From NCBI GenBank assembly GCA_050273025.1, contig CP158635.1, positions 29,264,001-29,328,000 on the forward strand: a stretch of 64,000 bases of DNA, in the 5' to 3' direction. Each line of letters opens with the position of its first letter. Positions within the stretch are counted from its first letter, which is position 1. The stretch comes from Cenococcum geophilum. Lineage: Eukaryota. Below, piece after piece: positions 50,018-64,000 of this stretch. Made by a program: the position numbers and the translations under genes. The notes below the pieces were generated by a model, which worked only from the letters and a program-made list of their open reading frames with translations, had not been told where the DNA came from and searched no databases.

Positions 50018-53000
50018 GTTATACTACTTAATATATAATAGATATACGGCTTCTTAAAACAGGAGGAGCTTTATACTTACTATATATAATTAATCTCCTT
50101 AAAGCGCGCTATTACTAGTAATAGTCCCACTTTAGTTAACAGGTTTTTTACTAACTACTTAAATGCGAAGACTTGGTATAGAATATAGATAATTGTTACG
50201 GGACACCCCCGTAACACCTTATACACATCTACCTATTTCTACCGACTTAGCAATTAGAGACTAACCCTAAAATAGTAATTTAATAGCAATTTAATAGCAA
50301 TTTAATGGCAAACTATAGCATTCTGCTATATTCTGCTAAGTTCCACTAAATTCTATTAAGTTCTACTAGGACTATAACCTAAACCCTATTCTGCCCTATA
50401 TATATATTAATTAAGTAACTAAGTTAATAATATATACCCTTTCTTCCTATTTTCCTACCTTTTTTCCTTATATAACGTCTTAATCTTATTATATAGTTTA
50501 TATCTATAGCTTAATAATATCTACTTTACTATATATTATCGTTGCTTATGCTTACTCTATAATACTATATTACGTTAACTTTATATACCACATCCAAAAT
50601 GCAAAATAACCCTAAAACCCCTATAATGGCTACCAGTATTATATCCGCACTTTAAGAATAACTAGTAGAGATATAAAAGTCTTTTATAGACGCCCTTGTA
50701 TAAAACTAAGCTACTTTAAATTAATAATAAGCCGAATAAGAAGTACGGCACTGGTAACTAATTAAGGACCTTTAAGAAGAAATCCGTATACTTAAGATGC
50801 CTATATTAGGGCCTTAAGACTAAATACTATTTCTAGAGATAAATATATGGAACGTAAGCCCCGAACCTATAATAGCTGTATACCCTAAACCGGCTACTAT
50901 ATTATAATAATCTAAATAATTATCTAACCCCCTAGTATTTACTAGTAAACGGTAAGAGCTCTAATTATTTTTAAGCTAGCTTAAGAATAAGCTAACTGGT
51001 AATATTAACCGTTACCTAACTAAAGCTAACTAACTCTACTACGCCCTAAGTTAACTAGGAGGAGAGGCAGCTAACCTTATTAAACCCCTTTAACTGAACT
51101 TAGTATAAAGCCTAGTTGTACTTCTTAAAGCTATATATAGGGATCTAAACCGCTAAGCTATTATTTAAAAAAAAAGATAAACTATATAGCTTAAGGAACG
51201 AAGAGTTTCCCAGTATACTTCTTTAAATTTAACTATTATGTAAAGGAAACTAGCTAGAACAACTCTGCACTGGTTAACAGCCTTATTAAATCTCTAAGCC
51301 CTAAACTAAAAACCTCCCTAATAGGCGTAGACCTACTAGGAGCCCTTAATGCCTGCGTAAACGTTATTAACAAACGGTATAATAATATACTACGCCTAAT
51401 ACCGAAACACGCCCCTTAATATAATATAATAGCTCCGTAAACGTCTACTAAGTTATCTTAGATTAAGCACCCTAATGCTATAGATATTAACACTAGGACC
51501 CTAGGATACGCCCTACTAGGGTCCTCTAAACAAGAATAATATATTAAGCTAGGCCTCTGCTTTAAATATAAAAGTAACTCTTACCTCTCTAACTACTGCT
51601 TTGTTTTTATGCCTAAACACGATTTATAAACGGCTAATACTAGCAACCGTTTACTGTATTAATCTTCTGGTTACCGTCCCTAATCTATACCTAGTTCTAA
51701 CCCCGTATTTAGTAAGTACTACTTATAAAGACGAAGCTATAACCGATGTTCTATAGAAACCCCTTCCCGCTCGCTACTAAAAGGCATGTTTTAGAGTTAA
51801 GTTGCTCTCTAGAACAGTTCTACCTTAAGATCTCGTTAAATGCTTTGGATGTTATAAACTCTAACTTTTAGGATTATAGTATAACCGTTAACTGTTATCT
51901 TTGGTAGAATAATTAATAGGCTAATACTTAAGTCCTAATTAATATAGGAGCTAGTGGTATAGGATTTATTAATAAGACCTTTACATAAGATAATGGTTTT
52001 ACCCTAACCTCCCTTAACCGGCATATTAACGTATTTGGATTTAATAGTAAACGTATAGTCTTAGGCTAAATTACCTACGTAGTATACCTGAGACTCTAAT
52101 ACCTAAACTATAAAGAACTAATTAGGCTTTTTATTACCACCCTAGGTTATCTAGTAATCCTTAAATAACCTTAGATAAAGCTATAGAAGGTAACTATTAA
52201 TTAGGATAACCTTAAGCTTTTATTTACTGCCCCGCGCTATAAGTAAGAATACTTTATAACGCACCGCTCTAACCCTAAACTAAAATTTAGGAAATTTACT
52301 AAGATCTACTAGCCTAAGATTTCTACTAATGTCTACTCTACGCCTAAGGAATCTACTAGATTTTACTAGCACGGGAATTCTACTAAATTCTATAAGTTAT
52401 TACTAAGTACTATACCGCCCTAAACTAAGCAGAAGCTTAAGCTTAGTATATAAAACTACTAGAAGAACTAATACCCTATAATAAAAAAAATCCTTAAAGA
52501 ACCCGAACCTAAATCTAATACTAACTCCGTACCTAATACTAAACCTAAACCTAAATAAGAAACTATAGACGATTTAAGCGAGCTTAGCACCCTAGATATC
52601 CGTATAATTAAAGCTACTTTATTAGTATAACTTGCTAAAAAAACCCCGAATATATAATCTTCACTGTTACAATAACTAATATTAAGTAGGCCTTGGCACT
52701 AAAGAAGTATACTAACCCTGCCACAAAGGTACTAGTAGAGTACTATTACTGTCTAGATATATTTTTATAAAAAGAAGCTAATAAGCTACCAGAATACTAA
52801 TTATACAATTATAAGATTATACTTAAAGAAGGAAAGCAGCCTAGATTTAGACCCTTATAAGGGATATTCTAAAATAAACTCTAAGTGCTATAAAAGTATT
52901 TAGACGAGAACCTAAGTAAAGGATTTATTAAAGTAAGTTTGTTACCTATAGCCGTACTAGTAATCTTTGTTAAGAAACCCGGTGGCAGTTTACGCTTCTA

Positions 53001-53830
53001 TATAGACTACTAAACTCTTAACACTATTATTGTTAAAAACTAATATCCAATCCCACTAATATAGGAGATGCTAAACTAATTAAGTAAGGCTCGCTACTAT
53101 ACAAAGCTTAATATTATCTCTACATTTAACCGCCTCCGTATAGCAAAAGGAGATAAATAGCTTACTATATTTTGTACTTAGTATAAATTATTTAAATACT
53201 TAATAACGCTATTTAGCCTTATAAACGCTCCGAGTTTGTTTTAATATTACGTAAATAATACCTTACATTCTTACCTAGATATCTTCTATACTGCTTATAT
53301 TAATAACATCCTAATATATAGTAATAACCCGACTAAATACCGGAAATACGTTAATCTTATTTTATAAGCCCTATAAAAAGCTAGTTTATAATTAAATATA
53401 GATAAATACAAATTCTATAAAATAGAAGTCTTATACCTTAGGCTTCTTATTTCTATAAACGGCATATAAATAAACCTAAAGAAAGTTAAAGTAATTATAA
53501 ACTGGTAAAAACCTAAGAATGTTAAGGATATAAGAGCCTTTATAAGATTTACTAATTTCTACTAACGGTTTATTAATAACTTCTCCGCCCTGATTTTACT
53601 CCTTATAGCTTTAACCTAAAAGGATAAAGCCTTTATCTTTAATAAGGAATATAAGAAGACCTTTATTTATCTAAAGGTTATATTTACTACCGCGCCTATA
53701 CTTTAATACTTTAACCTAAACTAAATAAGTGCTATAGAAGCCAACTTATCTAACTATAATACTAGAGGCATTCTGTCTTAATATAATAAAGATAGAGTAT
53801 TACACCCTATAGTATACTACTTAAAATAAC

Positions 53831-56800
53831 TGTAGCTAAAAGCGTTGGACATATCGCGAGGACGGCCAACGCGCTAGTAGTAAGCGAACCAATAGTACGA
53901 TGGCAGAATATGGCAGAATATAGCAGGACACAGCCAACACGCTAGTGGTAAGCGAGCTAATGGTAAGGTGGTAGAACATGGTAGAATATAGCAGGACGCG
54001 CCCAATATATATATGTGACGCGCGTCGCAAGTAGAAAAAAAATAATCCACTAATAACACCGCATAGTACATATTATTGTAATATATATATTCTGCACGTT
54101 ATTAAAGCATACTAACACTAATTAGTAAGCGCGCATAGATTAGGAAATATGTATTAGTTTAGAAGACGTCTAACGCTCCACCTTATAACGGCCTTATTTT
54201 AGTTAAAGAGAGTACTAAGAACAATCTAGAAGCTTAATAGCTTGCTATTGCCTATAGACCCTTATTACTGCTAAGAATTAAACAATACACTCTAGATTTG
54301 GAAGGATATTACTTCCCACCTTATTAAAAGTTAAGTTTTTAATAACTTATGTTAACTACCCTTTCTCCCTCCTTACGAATACTACAAATACTCTCTCTCT
54401 ATAAATACCGACACCCTTTATTAACAACCTCTTTATAACTAGATAAGATGGCTACACCTATAGACTAAAAGGCAGAGGTAGAGTGATAGAAAAATAGAAT
54501 TAATATATAAACTGCAACTAACGATAATATTATAGACTATATTTAGTTTAAGACATAGAAATATAATAACGATAACTCTGTTAACAGCGCTTTATAGGAC
54601 TACTTTTAAGAAGACTTTAAAGAGTTTATTATAAATATATTCTCTTAAGCTAGCACTAAAACCCTTAAGAATTTTTTCCTCCTTCTTTATAAAGGAGGAG
54701 TGTACGTATATAAGAACGATAAACGTACTAAGCTTGTATAAGTTTTGGCTAATATACTACTTAAAGAAACTTAATACAAATGGAGCTAAGAAGAATTTAA
54801 TAAAGCCTATAAGGAGCAATCTAATAGCACCTTTAAGTCTAATATACTTACCAACGTATTTATACGCGGCTTAAAACATAAAACTGTATAAACCCTTATA
54901 CCTTAATTAATACCCAAAAGTATACCTATAACGACTCCACTAATGTCTTAAATAACTCCGCCTCTAAGTCTACTACTTCTACCTCCGCAGGCCACAATAC
55001 CTGCTACTACTATACCTATTGCTATAGCACCTACTTCTATACTAGGGTATAGAAAGGAACTAGTAAATATAGCTAAGTTATATACGGACGACTAGAAATA
55101 TAGTAGTATTAGCGGAAACTTTAACTTTAAGTTAATAATCTTCTACAATATCTATAACAGAGTAAACGTTCTACCTAATGCCTACCTTAAGGCTCTCCTA
55201 CTTATGCTATAAGGCCTAGCTCTAGATCACTACTATAATACTAGACTTACTATACTTACGTTTAAGGACGCTTATAAGTTACTTTATAGCTTCTTTAAAG
55301 GACCTAATTTTAAACGCAAAAGCCTTAACAAATAGAATTTAATATCACTATAGATAGTTATATAAAAGAATGCGGATAAATTAACTAGTTAATATCTTTA
55401 GATACTAGTTACTAAACTCTCTTAACTATAGTATAGACTAAATTTAGAACTATAAGGAGTCCCATTCCTCTATAATAAGCTTATTATATCTTATTAGGGG
55501 ATTCCCGCATATTAAATTGTTATATTAGATCTACTAGATAAACTAGGCCCCCTTATTAATAAACTACAATCCTTAATTACGGCTTATAAAAAGCAGAACT
55601 TAGAATAAGTTTAAGCCTATTATATAAACCGCTAATACCTTAGAAGGAGAGACAACTATAACCGAAATTATAATTGTAATCAACCTTAATTCCCTCCTTA
55701 ATATAAACCATGTTGCTTTATATATAATAAGGAGGACTATCGCTTATAGAAGTATAGTAAGGAAGAATAAGAAGAGGCGAAGGCTTAGTTTAAAAGTATT
55801 AATAAGGACAAGTTTAATAAGTTTAATAATCGCTTTACTTAACGCCTTAATTAATACATCGCCGACTATAAGGATAATAATGGTATTTACTTAGAAGAAG
55901 AGCTTAAAGAAGTCTTTTATACACTAACTATTAATATAAGTACTAAGACAGTTAACCAGAATAATTAGTTGCATATTAATTACTTCTATACATCCTTTGG
56001 TTAAGTTAAGCAACAGAAAGCAACCCTTATAGCTACTAACCTAGCAAATAAGGCCTTTAGTCATTTAGTCACAACTATAGATAGCGTAACTCCTTTTATA
56101 TAAACACCTTTCGTAACTAATAAAGACCTATTTATTTATAATATAACTATATCCCGCTATACTATAGACTGCTTTTTAGGTATTATAATCGATATAGGAG
56201 CCTCTAAACGCTCTATAGCAGAATATAATTAGTTCTTAGCATTTTAAAGACTTAATACTAATATATAACTTGATATAACTACATAAGGCATAGTTAACGT
56301 ATAATTTGGTATTAGATTAACCTTATTAATCGGATTAGCTAAAGTAGCTACCCCTATTAGCATAATCGAGTTTTATATTATTAAGGTTAATACCCTATTT
56401 TTACTTTACTTAGCAGATATGGACCACCTATAAGTATATTTTAACAACTTAAAGAACTTACTAGTTATATCTTACAGTATAGTACTAGTCGTACGTTATT
56501 TTGGCCACCCTTTCCTACTTTAAAATACATCCCTACGTACTTATTTAACTGAGTTATTTAAATAAAACCCTTGCTACTTAACCGATGTGGAACTAAAATA
56601 ACTACATTACCGTTTTAGCTACCCTTTAGTTAAGCGCCTTACGTAAGTACTTAGGCGCTTAGGATATAACGTTAATAGTAAGACCTTAGACCATCTTACA
56701 CGCTACTGCTATTATTATTAAAAATACGGAAAATTACCTGGTAGATTTAAATTTACAATACGTAATAATATTAATTTTAACTACTTAATCGTGGTTAATA

Positions 56801-59800
56801 TTATATATATTAATGGCGCACCCCTTCTATACATTATTAATAAAGGAATACGATTTTAAGCTAGTAGATAGCTATAAAGTATTAGCGCTAAATATATATA
56901 GGATATATTACGAATATACTAGATTAATATATATTTAGGACCTCCTAATATAATTATATATAATATAGGCAAGAACTTTATAAGTAAGGAATTTAAGCAG
57001 TATATTATAACATTTGGAACAATTACAAAAAGTGTACCCGTTAAAGCCTATAACTTAATTAGAATAGTAGAACGCTATTATAGTCCCCTTCGCCGTATAT
57101 ACTGTATTATTACTATAGAACTACCGGATATTAATAAAGATATAGCTCTATAAATAGCTTTTAAGGCAATTAACGATTTAGTAGGCCCTAACGGCCTTAT
57201 ACCCACCTTACTGGTATTTGGAGCTTACTCGCGCATAGTAGAATCCGATGCACCTAACTCTATAGTTGCACAATAAGCTATAGCCCTTAGGAAAGCTATG
57301 GAAGAAGTCAAGAAGATTAGAGCCAAATGTTAAGTAATAGATGCTCTTAATATGCGTAACGGCCCTAAAATAACCGCAATTTACGACCTACCACTTAACT
57401 CACTCATACTGGTATGGAGAGAAGGACCTATAGGCCAGCCTAGTTTCTGGTTAGGTCCCTATAATCTACTTAGTATTAATAATAAGACCTATACTATACA
57501 ACTCCCCTATGGCCCTGTTAACTTTCGTAGTATAGTTATAAAACTATACTTATAAGAACCTAGAGATATAGAGGATGTATAACCTAATAATAAGAACAAA
57601 CTACCTTAGTTAATTATAGAACCACCTTAGGAACCTTAACTAGTTAAGTAAGAATAAGGTAGACTACGTAAGTATCCTATTATAGTTAATACTGTAAATA
57701 TATCCATATACTTATAAGATAAGAATAAGACCGATAGTTAGTTTACAGCCTTATGATAGAAAGAGGTTAAAGGACTACTTAAGAAAGGAGTCTTTAAATT
57801 AGTTAATATTAAGGACGTACCTTAAGGTAATAGAGTATTCAACTCTAGATTTGTTAATGAAATTAAGAATCCTAGTACTAATAAGGCCTTTAAGAAATTA
57901 AGACTAGTTATATAGGCCTATAACGACCTAGAAAAAGACCTTATACTAACCTAATTACTTATAATTTAATAAGTTAGCTAACGCCTTATTCTCTATATTA
58001 CGGCTATAACCCAGACTAATAATATATACCTTTACTTACAAGACATTTTATAAGCCTATATTTAGTTAATTATAAAACTAAATTAAGACTTCTATATCCG
58101 AGCACCTCTTAAACTCGGTATAGCACTTAAAGTCTTATAAGGTATGTTAGTCACACAGGGTGACTTACCAATAACGACTACTCGAGTAGGTTACAGTGAT
58201 GTTGGTTAATAAAGCTTTTTGATTGGAATGAGGAAGGGCGAGGAGCTTAAGGCTCCTCGCCACGCTAGTGCCGCGGCGACACGTGATGGCAACTTGCCAT
58301 CACGTGACGGCAGTTTGCCGTACGTGACGGCAAATTGCCTCATTCCCGACACTGGCAACTCTTCTTTTATGGTTGCCCTCTATATACAAATACTGCTTGA
58401 CTATCGTAACAAATATAGATCCTCCTTACTTACTATTGCCATTATAATATAAGTCTCGCTGTCCCAAAATTTGCCTCTTAGCACGTGGTGCTTTCTTGCT
58501 AAGGAGTCGTGGGTAGACATCGTGTTAGGGCCGCCAAGGCGCTAGCTGTAAGCGAGCCAATAGCGATTTTCCATCCCGGGGATGGAAAATCCTAATTGGC
58601 GTTATCTACCTTACTAAGTTCCATAAGAAGCTTCTGGCAATTCTTCTTTTATAGATGTAGTGCTGCAGGAAGGCAGTAAGGTATTGGTTTAGCTGCAGGT
58701 GGAAGCAGCAAAAGTCTGTTTAGGTGGTAGTACGGTACCAGCGGCGGTAGTAATAGTGGTCAAGTATAGAGCTTGTCTATTAGTCGGTCGGTTAATCATA
58801 GGCGTATAGGCACGATCATTTGGTCGGTAGATCGCAGGCGTATCGGCGCGATCAGTATCGTAATAGCAGGCATAGCGGCGCTATCAGTTTATCAATAGTA
58901 TGTGGCAGTACGGTACTAGCGCAGGGTCGGTTCCGTAGGCAGATCAGCACGGAGTCTTGTTATAGGGTTAGTTCGTAATAGTAGGCGTATTGGCGCTATC
59001 GTTGTCTAGTTCATGGTTCGTGTCGCGGGCATATTGGCACAAGGCTTATCGGGTTTATAGCTGCCGCAAATACTAGCAGTTCTTTCTTTGTGCTTTGCCT
59101 GCGTAACTATGCCGTTCCAACCGCTCCCCCCCCCTACATTACTCTCTCTTCATGGCACCCTCCATAAGAACTTCCTGTCTGGATCACGCTGGTAGCCATC
59201 TCTGTAGCTACCTTGGGAACTACAGGAGTCTTAGAATTCCCCTCCACGCTGGATCTTCTGAAGCTTATTGAATGTTTGTGGAGAAGTAGAGGCTTGTTGC
59301 GGAGATTACTGCGGAGATTGCTAGTGGGACGGAGCTTGAGCGGACGGAGCTTGTGTGGACGGAGCTTGTGTAGACGGAGCTTGTGTAGACGGAGCTTGAG
59401 GCACAGGTTGAGATACGACAGCTTGAGGAACTTGAGGTGTTTAATAGCCTGAGGTTGTCTGTGGAGGTTCTTGCGGAGGTTCTTCCGGAAGTTCTTGCGG
59501 ACGTTGCTGCGGACATTGCTGCGGACGTTCTTGAGGAACTTAAGGTGTTGCTTGTGGCTATCCGTTGTTGGGATTCCCTCGAGAGTTAAGCTTCTTTATA
59601 GCGCGTAGTTGCTGCTTAATCTCTTATAGAGTCCATTTGTGCTCTTCTTTTACGTCAAGAACCTGCTTCTAAATATTGTTTCTAATATTACCCCCATTTA
59701 TAGGTACAAATACTCCATTCTCCCGTAGAAAGTTACGGAAGTCCTATACAATATCCTTGTTCGCGGAAGCCCATATTTCCTTTATCCATCTAATAAAGTC

Positions 59801-62138
59801 CTCCTTTATACATTCCTATAGCGCGGTATCATTATATTTACTATCCTTATAATATGCCATACGGTATAATAAAAATCCATTTAAGTCTTATTTATTAGCG
59901 TTTGCAAGGTTAATTATAGCTTTATTCCATGTCTTTAGGTTAATATCTTCCTTATACTTCTTTAGGTAGGTTAACGCCATAGTAGGTATAGAATCGACGG
60001 GGTGTTATACGTCAAAGGTAGGTAGGATTTTCGGTTTTATAGGATCTCGTAGGTTTACTGTTAAGAGGTAGGCAATTTAAGATGTTATTTAACGCGTTTT
60101 AGACGTTAACTTAGGACCTTAGGTTTAGTAACACTTTTAACCTAAAGTACTTAACCAAATCTTCGTAAACGCGGTTGTTCTGCGTAATAGACGCAACTTA
60201 GTATCTCCTAGTACTCAGTAACACTTCTATTACTAGTTTTCCGCAAGTCTAAGGTAGTACGGTATCGCCAGGATCCATTCCATATAAGCGCATATAGCAC
60301 CCCTATATAAGACTATTTCTTCTATTCGAAAACCTAGCTGCTCTATAGTTGACTATATATTTAACCACTAATCAGTATTGGTTACATAGGGTAACTCACC
60401 AATAACGACTACTCAAGTAGGTTACAGTGATGTTGGTTAATAAAGCTTTTTGATTGGAATGAGGAAGGGCGAGGAGCTTAAGGCTCCTCGCCACGCTAGT
60501 GCCGCGGCGACACGTGATGGCAACTTGCTATCACGTGACGGCAGTTTGCCGTACGTGACGGCAAATTGCCTCATTCCCGACAAGGTATAATCCTTAAGGT
60601 CGTTAAACCTTTATACGGCATCCCAGAAGTAGGCAATTATTAGTTTAAGGCCTATTATAACTACTATACTAAGGAGTTAAATATAAACTAATCTACTTAT
60701 AACCCCTGCTTACTCTACCTTAATAATTCTATAAGCTTTAGAATAGTTAGCCTTTAGACTAATAATACCCTCTTCTTAGCTAATTTGGTTTTTACAGCTT
60801 TAGAATAAGAAAAGATTAAGAAAGTAAAGTTTCTAACTAAGGAACGCAAGTACCTTATACTAGAGTACCCAATTAAGTTCAACGGAGGCATTATTTAATA
60901 ATAGGACTATATAATTACACTTATATAGGAGCGCCAATACTAAAACCTAACCCTTATTAATATTAAGGAAGCTATTACAACAACTAGCTCTAGAGGTACT
61001 ATTTATATAGCACTTACACCTGAGGACTAATACGTCGCCTAATAAGTAAGAGGAGCTTATATTGTGTCTGTATGCTAGCCTAAAGCTTCTTTTAATTTAT
61101 CCTACGCTACCTAGGTAATTAACCCTAATAAAAAAGATATAAAACTACTTAATAAGAGAATTTAGTGGCAAATTAAAAACTTAATAAGAGGTTTAAGCTT
61201 TGTTAAACTTAATATAGAGATACTTTAACTACTTATATTTACCGATTCCTTATTTATAAATAATAAGGACCTCTTATTATAAATTAAATATATCCTAGTA
61301 CTAGTAGACTTATTAAATAAGGTAAACATCGTCTACTGGTCCTTAGTTAAGTGTAAGAGAGTTACTAAAAGCGTACTAGCCTCCAAATTATACGCTATAG
61401 CCTATAGTTTTAACATTAGCGCTGCAATTAAGGCCATAGTTAAACTATAACTTAATATTAGCCTACCGCTTATCCTTTATACTAATTCTAAGTTAATTTA
61501 TAAATGCCTTATTAAGCTAGGAACAACATAGGAGAAGAGACTTATAATTAATATTATATACCTACACCAGTTATACAAAAGACGTAAAATAGCTAAAGTT
61601 AAGTGAATTAATGAAGATAGTAACCCTATAGACGCTATAACTAAAAGCAAACCATTATTAGCCCTTAAGCGACTTATTAATATAAACCAAATTAAGTTGG
61701 AGACGGTAGAATGGGTAGAACGTTCTACTAATAATAGCGTTAATTTAGAGGCATAGGGTAGGGAAGAAAGGGAGGAGAAGTACGTATATAGATTTCTTAG
61801 ACTATATAATTATAGCCTACTAGTTCTTTATATTTTCTAAAGTACTCCTAGTATAGCTAGAAGCGTTAGACATATCACAAGGACGGCTAACGCGCTAGTA
61901 GTAAGCAAACTAATAGTGTAATAGCAGAATATAGCAGAATATAGCAGGACACGGCTAACACGCTAGTGGTAAGCAAGCTAATGGTAAGGTGGCAGAATAT
62001 GGCAGAATATAGTAGGACGCGCCCAATATATATATGTGACGCGCGTCGTAAGTAGAAAAAGAACAATCCACTAACAACACCGCATAGTATATATCATTGT
62101 GATATATATATTCTGCACATTATTAAAGCATACCAACA
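53831..62138 (+). mobile_element. Full-length Ty1/Copia retrotransposon, family F, RIP-inactivated
   Basis: 287-bp LTRs at 53831-54117 and 61852-62138. TSD ATAAC. Copia domain order PR(IDTGAS)-IN-RT(KSRLV.QAY, KPLYGIPE)-RH(FTDSSF; NP.DAMTK). Confidence 0.95.
58145..60582 (-). mobile_element. Non-autonomous Copia derivative (G) related to family C; keeps gag N-terminus, lacks pol
   Basis: 207-bp LTRs at 58145-58351 and 60376-60582, similar to the C LTR. TSD AGGTA. Gag start MALTYLKKY at 59980. The 3' UTR (58352-58600) resembles C 18850-19053. Tandem 15-bp and 12-bp repeats at 59300-59530. Confidence 0.92.
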
Positions 62139-63874
62139 ATAACTAAGCCCTATTAAATATAATTACGATATTTATAACAAAGAATTACTAGCTATTATTA
62201 GATGCTTTAAGCAATAGTAACCTAAACTAGAAGGCACTGGATTTCTAATTAAGGTTCTTAGCGACTATAAGAACGTATAGTACTTCACAACTATAAAATA
62301 GCTGAGTTATTACTAGGCCTGCTAGTTAAAATATCTATTACGCTTTCAATTCTTAATTATATACTACTTAGGCATTTAAGGTTAGAAGCCTAATACCTTA
62401 ACCTAATGCTTGCAAGATGCGCCAGCCCTAAAAAAAGCGCGCTCTTACCGAAATTATACCCTACTTCGCCCTAAACTATTTAACCTTCCTACTAAAGATA
62501 TTACGGTATACATCCTTAAAATAACTAATTAATTAATTAAATAGATTATAGTTAATAAATACCTAGATAACGAGTTTATTTAAGAGGCGCTTAAGCTAAT
62601 ATAAAATGGCATTAGACGCTCTAAAAAGATTTCTTTAAGTAAATATAAAGCCCGTAGAAACCGCTTATATTACTAAAACCGCCTAGTTATACCTAATTAT
62701 AATAAACTTAAGCTTAAGCTCCTTAAACATATATATAATCTACTAATAGCTAGCCACCTAGGTTAAGGAAAAACCCTAGAACTGCTCTAATAAGAATACT
62801 ATTAGCTAAATATATATAATATAATATAAAGGTATATCTCTAGTTATTATATCTGCTAATAAGCTAAAGCTTCGCATAAAACGTATAACGGCCTTTTAAA
62901 GCTACTGCCTATCCTAGACCGAAGATAGAAGGATATCTTAATTAACTTTATTATTAACCTCCCCGTAAGTAAGGGCTATATAAATATTATAGTAGTTATA
63001 GACTAACTATCTAAGATAAGACACTTAATTGCCTGCCCTAATATATTAACACCTATTATTGCCTAACTATTCCTAGATTACGTATAGAAACTCTATAAAC
63101 TCCCTAAAACAATTATCTCTAATAAAGGTAGCTAGTTAATTTTTATATTTTAGAAAAAACTAATTACTTAACTCCGTATTAAAGCATTATTATTTATAAT
63201 ATACTACCTAAAAACGGATAGCTAAATAGAACGTGTAAATGCTATAATAAAACAGTATATTTGGATATATACGTCGTACTTATAAGATAACTAGATTAAC
63301 TGGTTTATATTTACCGAGTTTACTATAAATAATTCTATCTTGGAAACTATAAAGGTCTCCCCGTTCCTAGCTAATTATAGCTAATATCTATAAATAGGGT
63401 TTAAACCCTTTAGTAATATTCCTTACCCTACTTATTATACCTTATAAGTTATAAAAGTAAATAAATTTATAAAGAAGATAGAGGAACTATAATAGTTTCT
63501 TACTAATGAAATAATATAGGCTTAATCTGTTTATAAAGCCGTAGTAAATAAGAAATAAACCCTAGCACTAGCTTACTAAATTAGTAACTTTGTCTAGCTA
63601 GATATAAGAAATCTAAACACGAAATAACCTACTAAGAAACTTAATTAGAAAAACGCTGGCCCTTATAAGGTTAAGGAGGTTATCTCCTCTTACGCCTACT
63701 AACTAAAGCTCCCTAATACAGTTAAAATCCACCCTATATTCTACACGTTAGTCCTTTACCCTACTACTCCTATATTAGACGCCCTACCTAAATAGATATA
63801 AGATCCTCCCCTACTAGTTAAAGTAGATAGTAAGAATAAGTACTTTATTAAAAGAATTAATAATATTAAGTATA

Positions 63875-64000
63875 ACGTATTCCACTAGCAAGTGTCGCAA
63901 ACCACCAAGTGTCGCAAAATTTCTTGGCAACTATTACCTATACTATAACGTACAATGCCTTAACAAATATAAGTAGATAAAGCTTAATAAGAAGGTAGAA
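63875..64000 (+). mobile_element. Left end of a Fot1/pogo (Tc1-mariner) DNA transposon
   Basis: TA then an ACGTA-start TIR with a duplicated caagtgtcgcaaa. ATG at 63955 gives MP(Q)QI(Q)VDKA(QQ)EGR, the Fot1-type N-terminus. It interrupts the A3 chromodomain. Confidence 0.8.

Larger units (their letters stand above)
50194..63874 (+). mobile_element. Ty3/Gypsy family A copy 3, interrupted by Copia F and a Fot1-like transposon
   Basis: 5' LTR at 50194-50564 and gag from ~50598. Pol is collinear with A1 up to 53830, resumes at 62144, and runs into the chromodomain at 63874. Confidence 0.93.

Noticed and set aside
59213..59516. Ser/Thr- or Arg/Leu-rich ORFs
   Set aside because: Alternative frames of tandem repeats in the gag of element G.
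1..64000. Alternative genetic code or stop-codon readthrough to explain frequent TAA/TAG
   Set aside because: Stops fall at Gln/Trp positions and differ between repeat copies by C>T/G>A transitions, the RIP signature; the GlnRS gene uses the standard code.

Overview
Fungal (filamentous ascomycete-type) heterochromatin-like DNA. Roughly 95% of the window is nested transposable elements wrecked by repeat-induced point mutation (RIP): CpA/TpG are depleted, TpA is abundant, and Gln/Trp codons have become stops. Elements resolved from LTRs, TIRs and target-site duplications (TSDs): several Ty3/Gypsy chromoviruses, two full Ty1/Copia elements plus a non-autonomous derivative, a TRIM-like mini LTR element, a solo LTR, a Ngaro-type tyrosine-recombinase retrotransposon with split direct repeats, two inverted CryptonF copies, MITEs, a CACTA-like composite element and the start of a Fot1/pogo transposon. 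The only intact gene is a 6-exon glutaminyl-tRNA synthetase (34319-36443, minus strand) in a ~2.7 kb RIP-free island. The most novel signal is in Gypsy element D (21690-28272). Between pol and the 3' LTR it carries an antisense 4-exon, ~212-codon gene with a basic N-terminus, a divergent Zn2Cys6-like cysteine cluster, a helical middle and an acidic tail, the layout of a transcription regulator carried by a retrotransposon. All coordinates and translations were read by eye; 'de-RIPped' residues are inferences.
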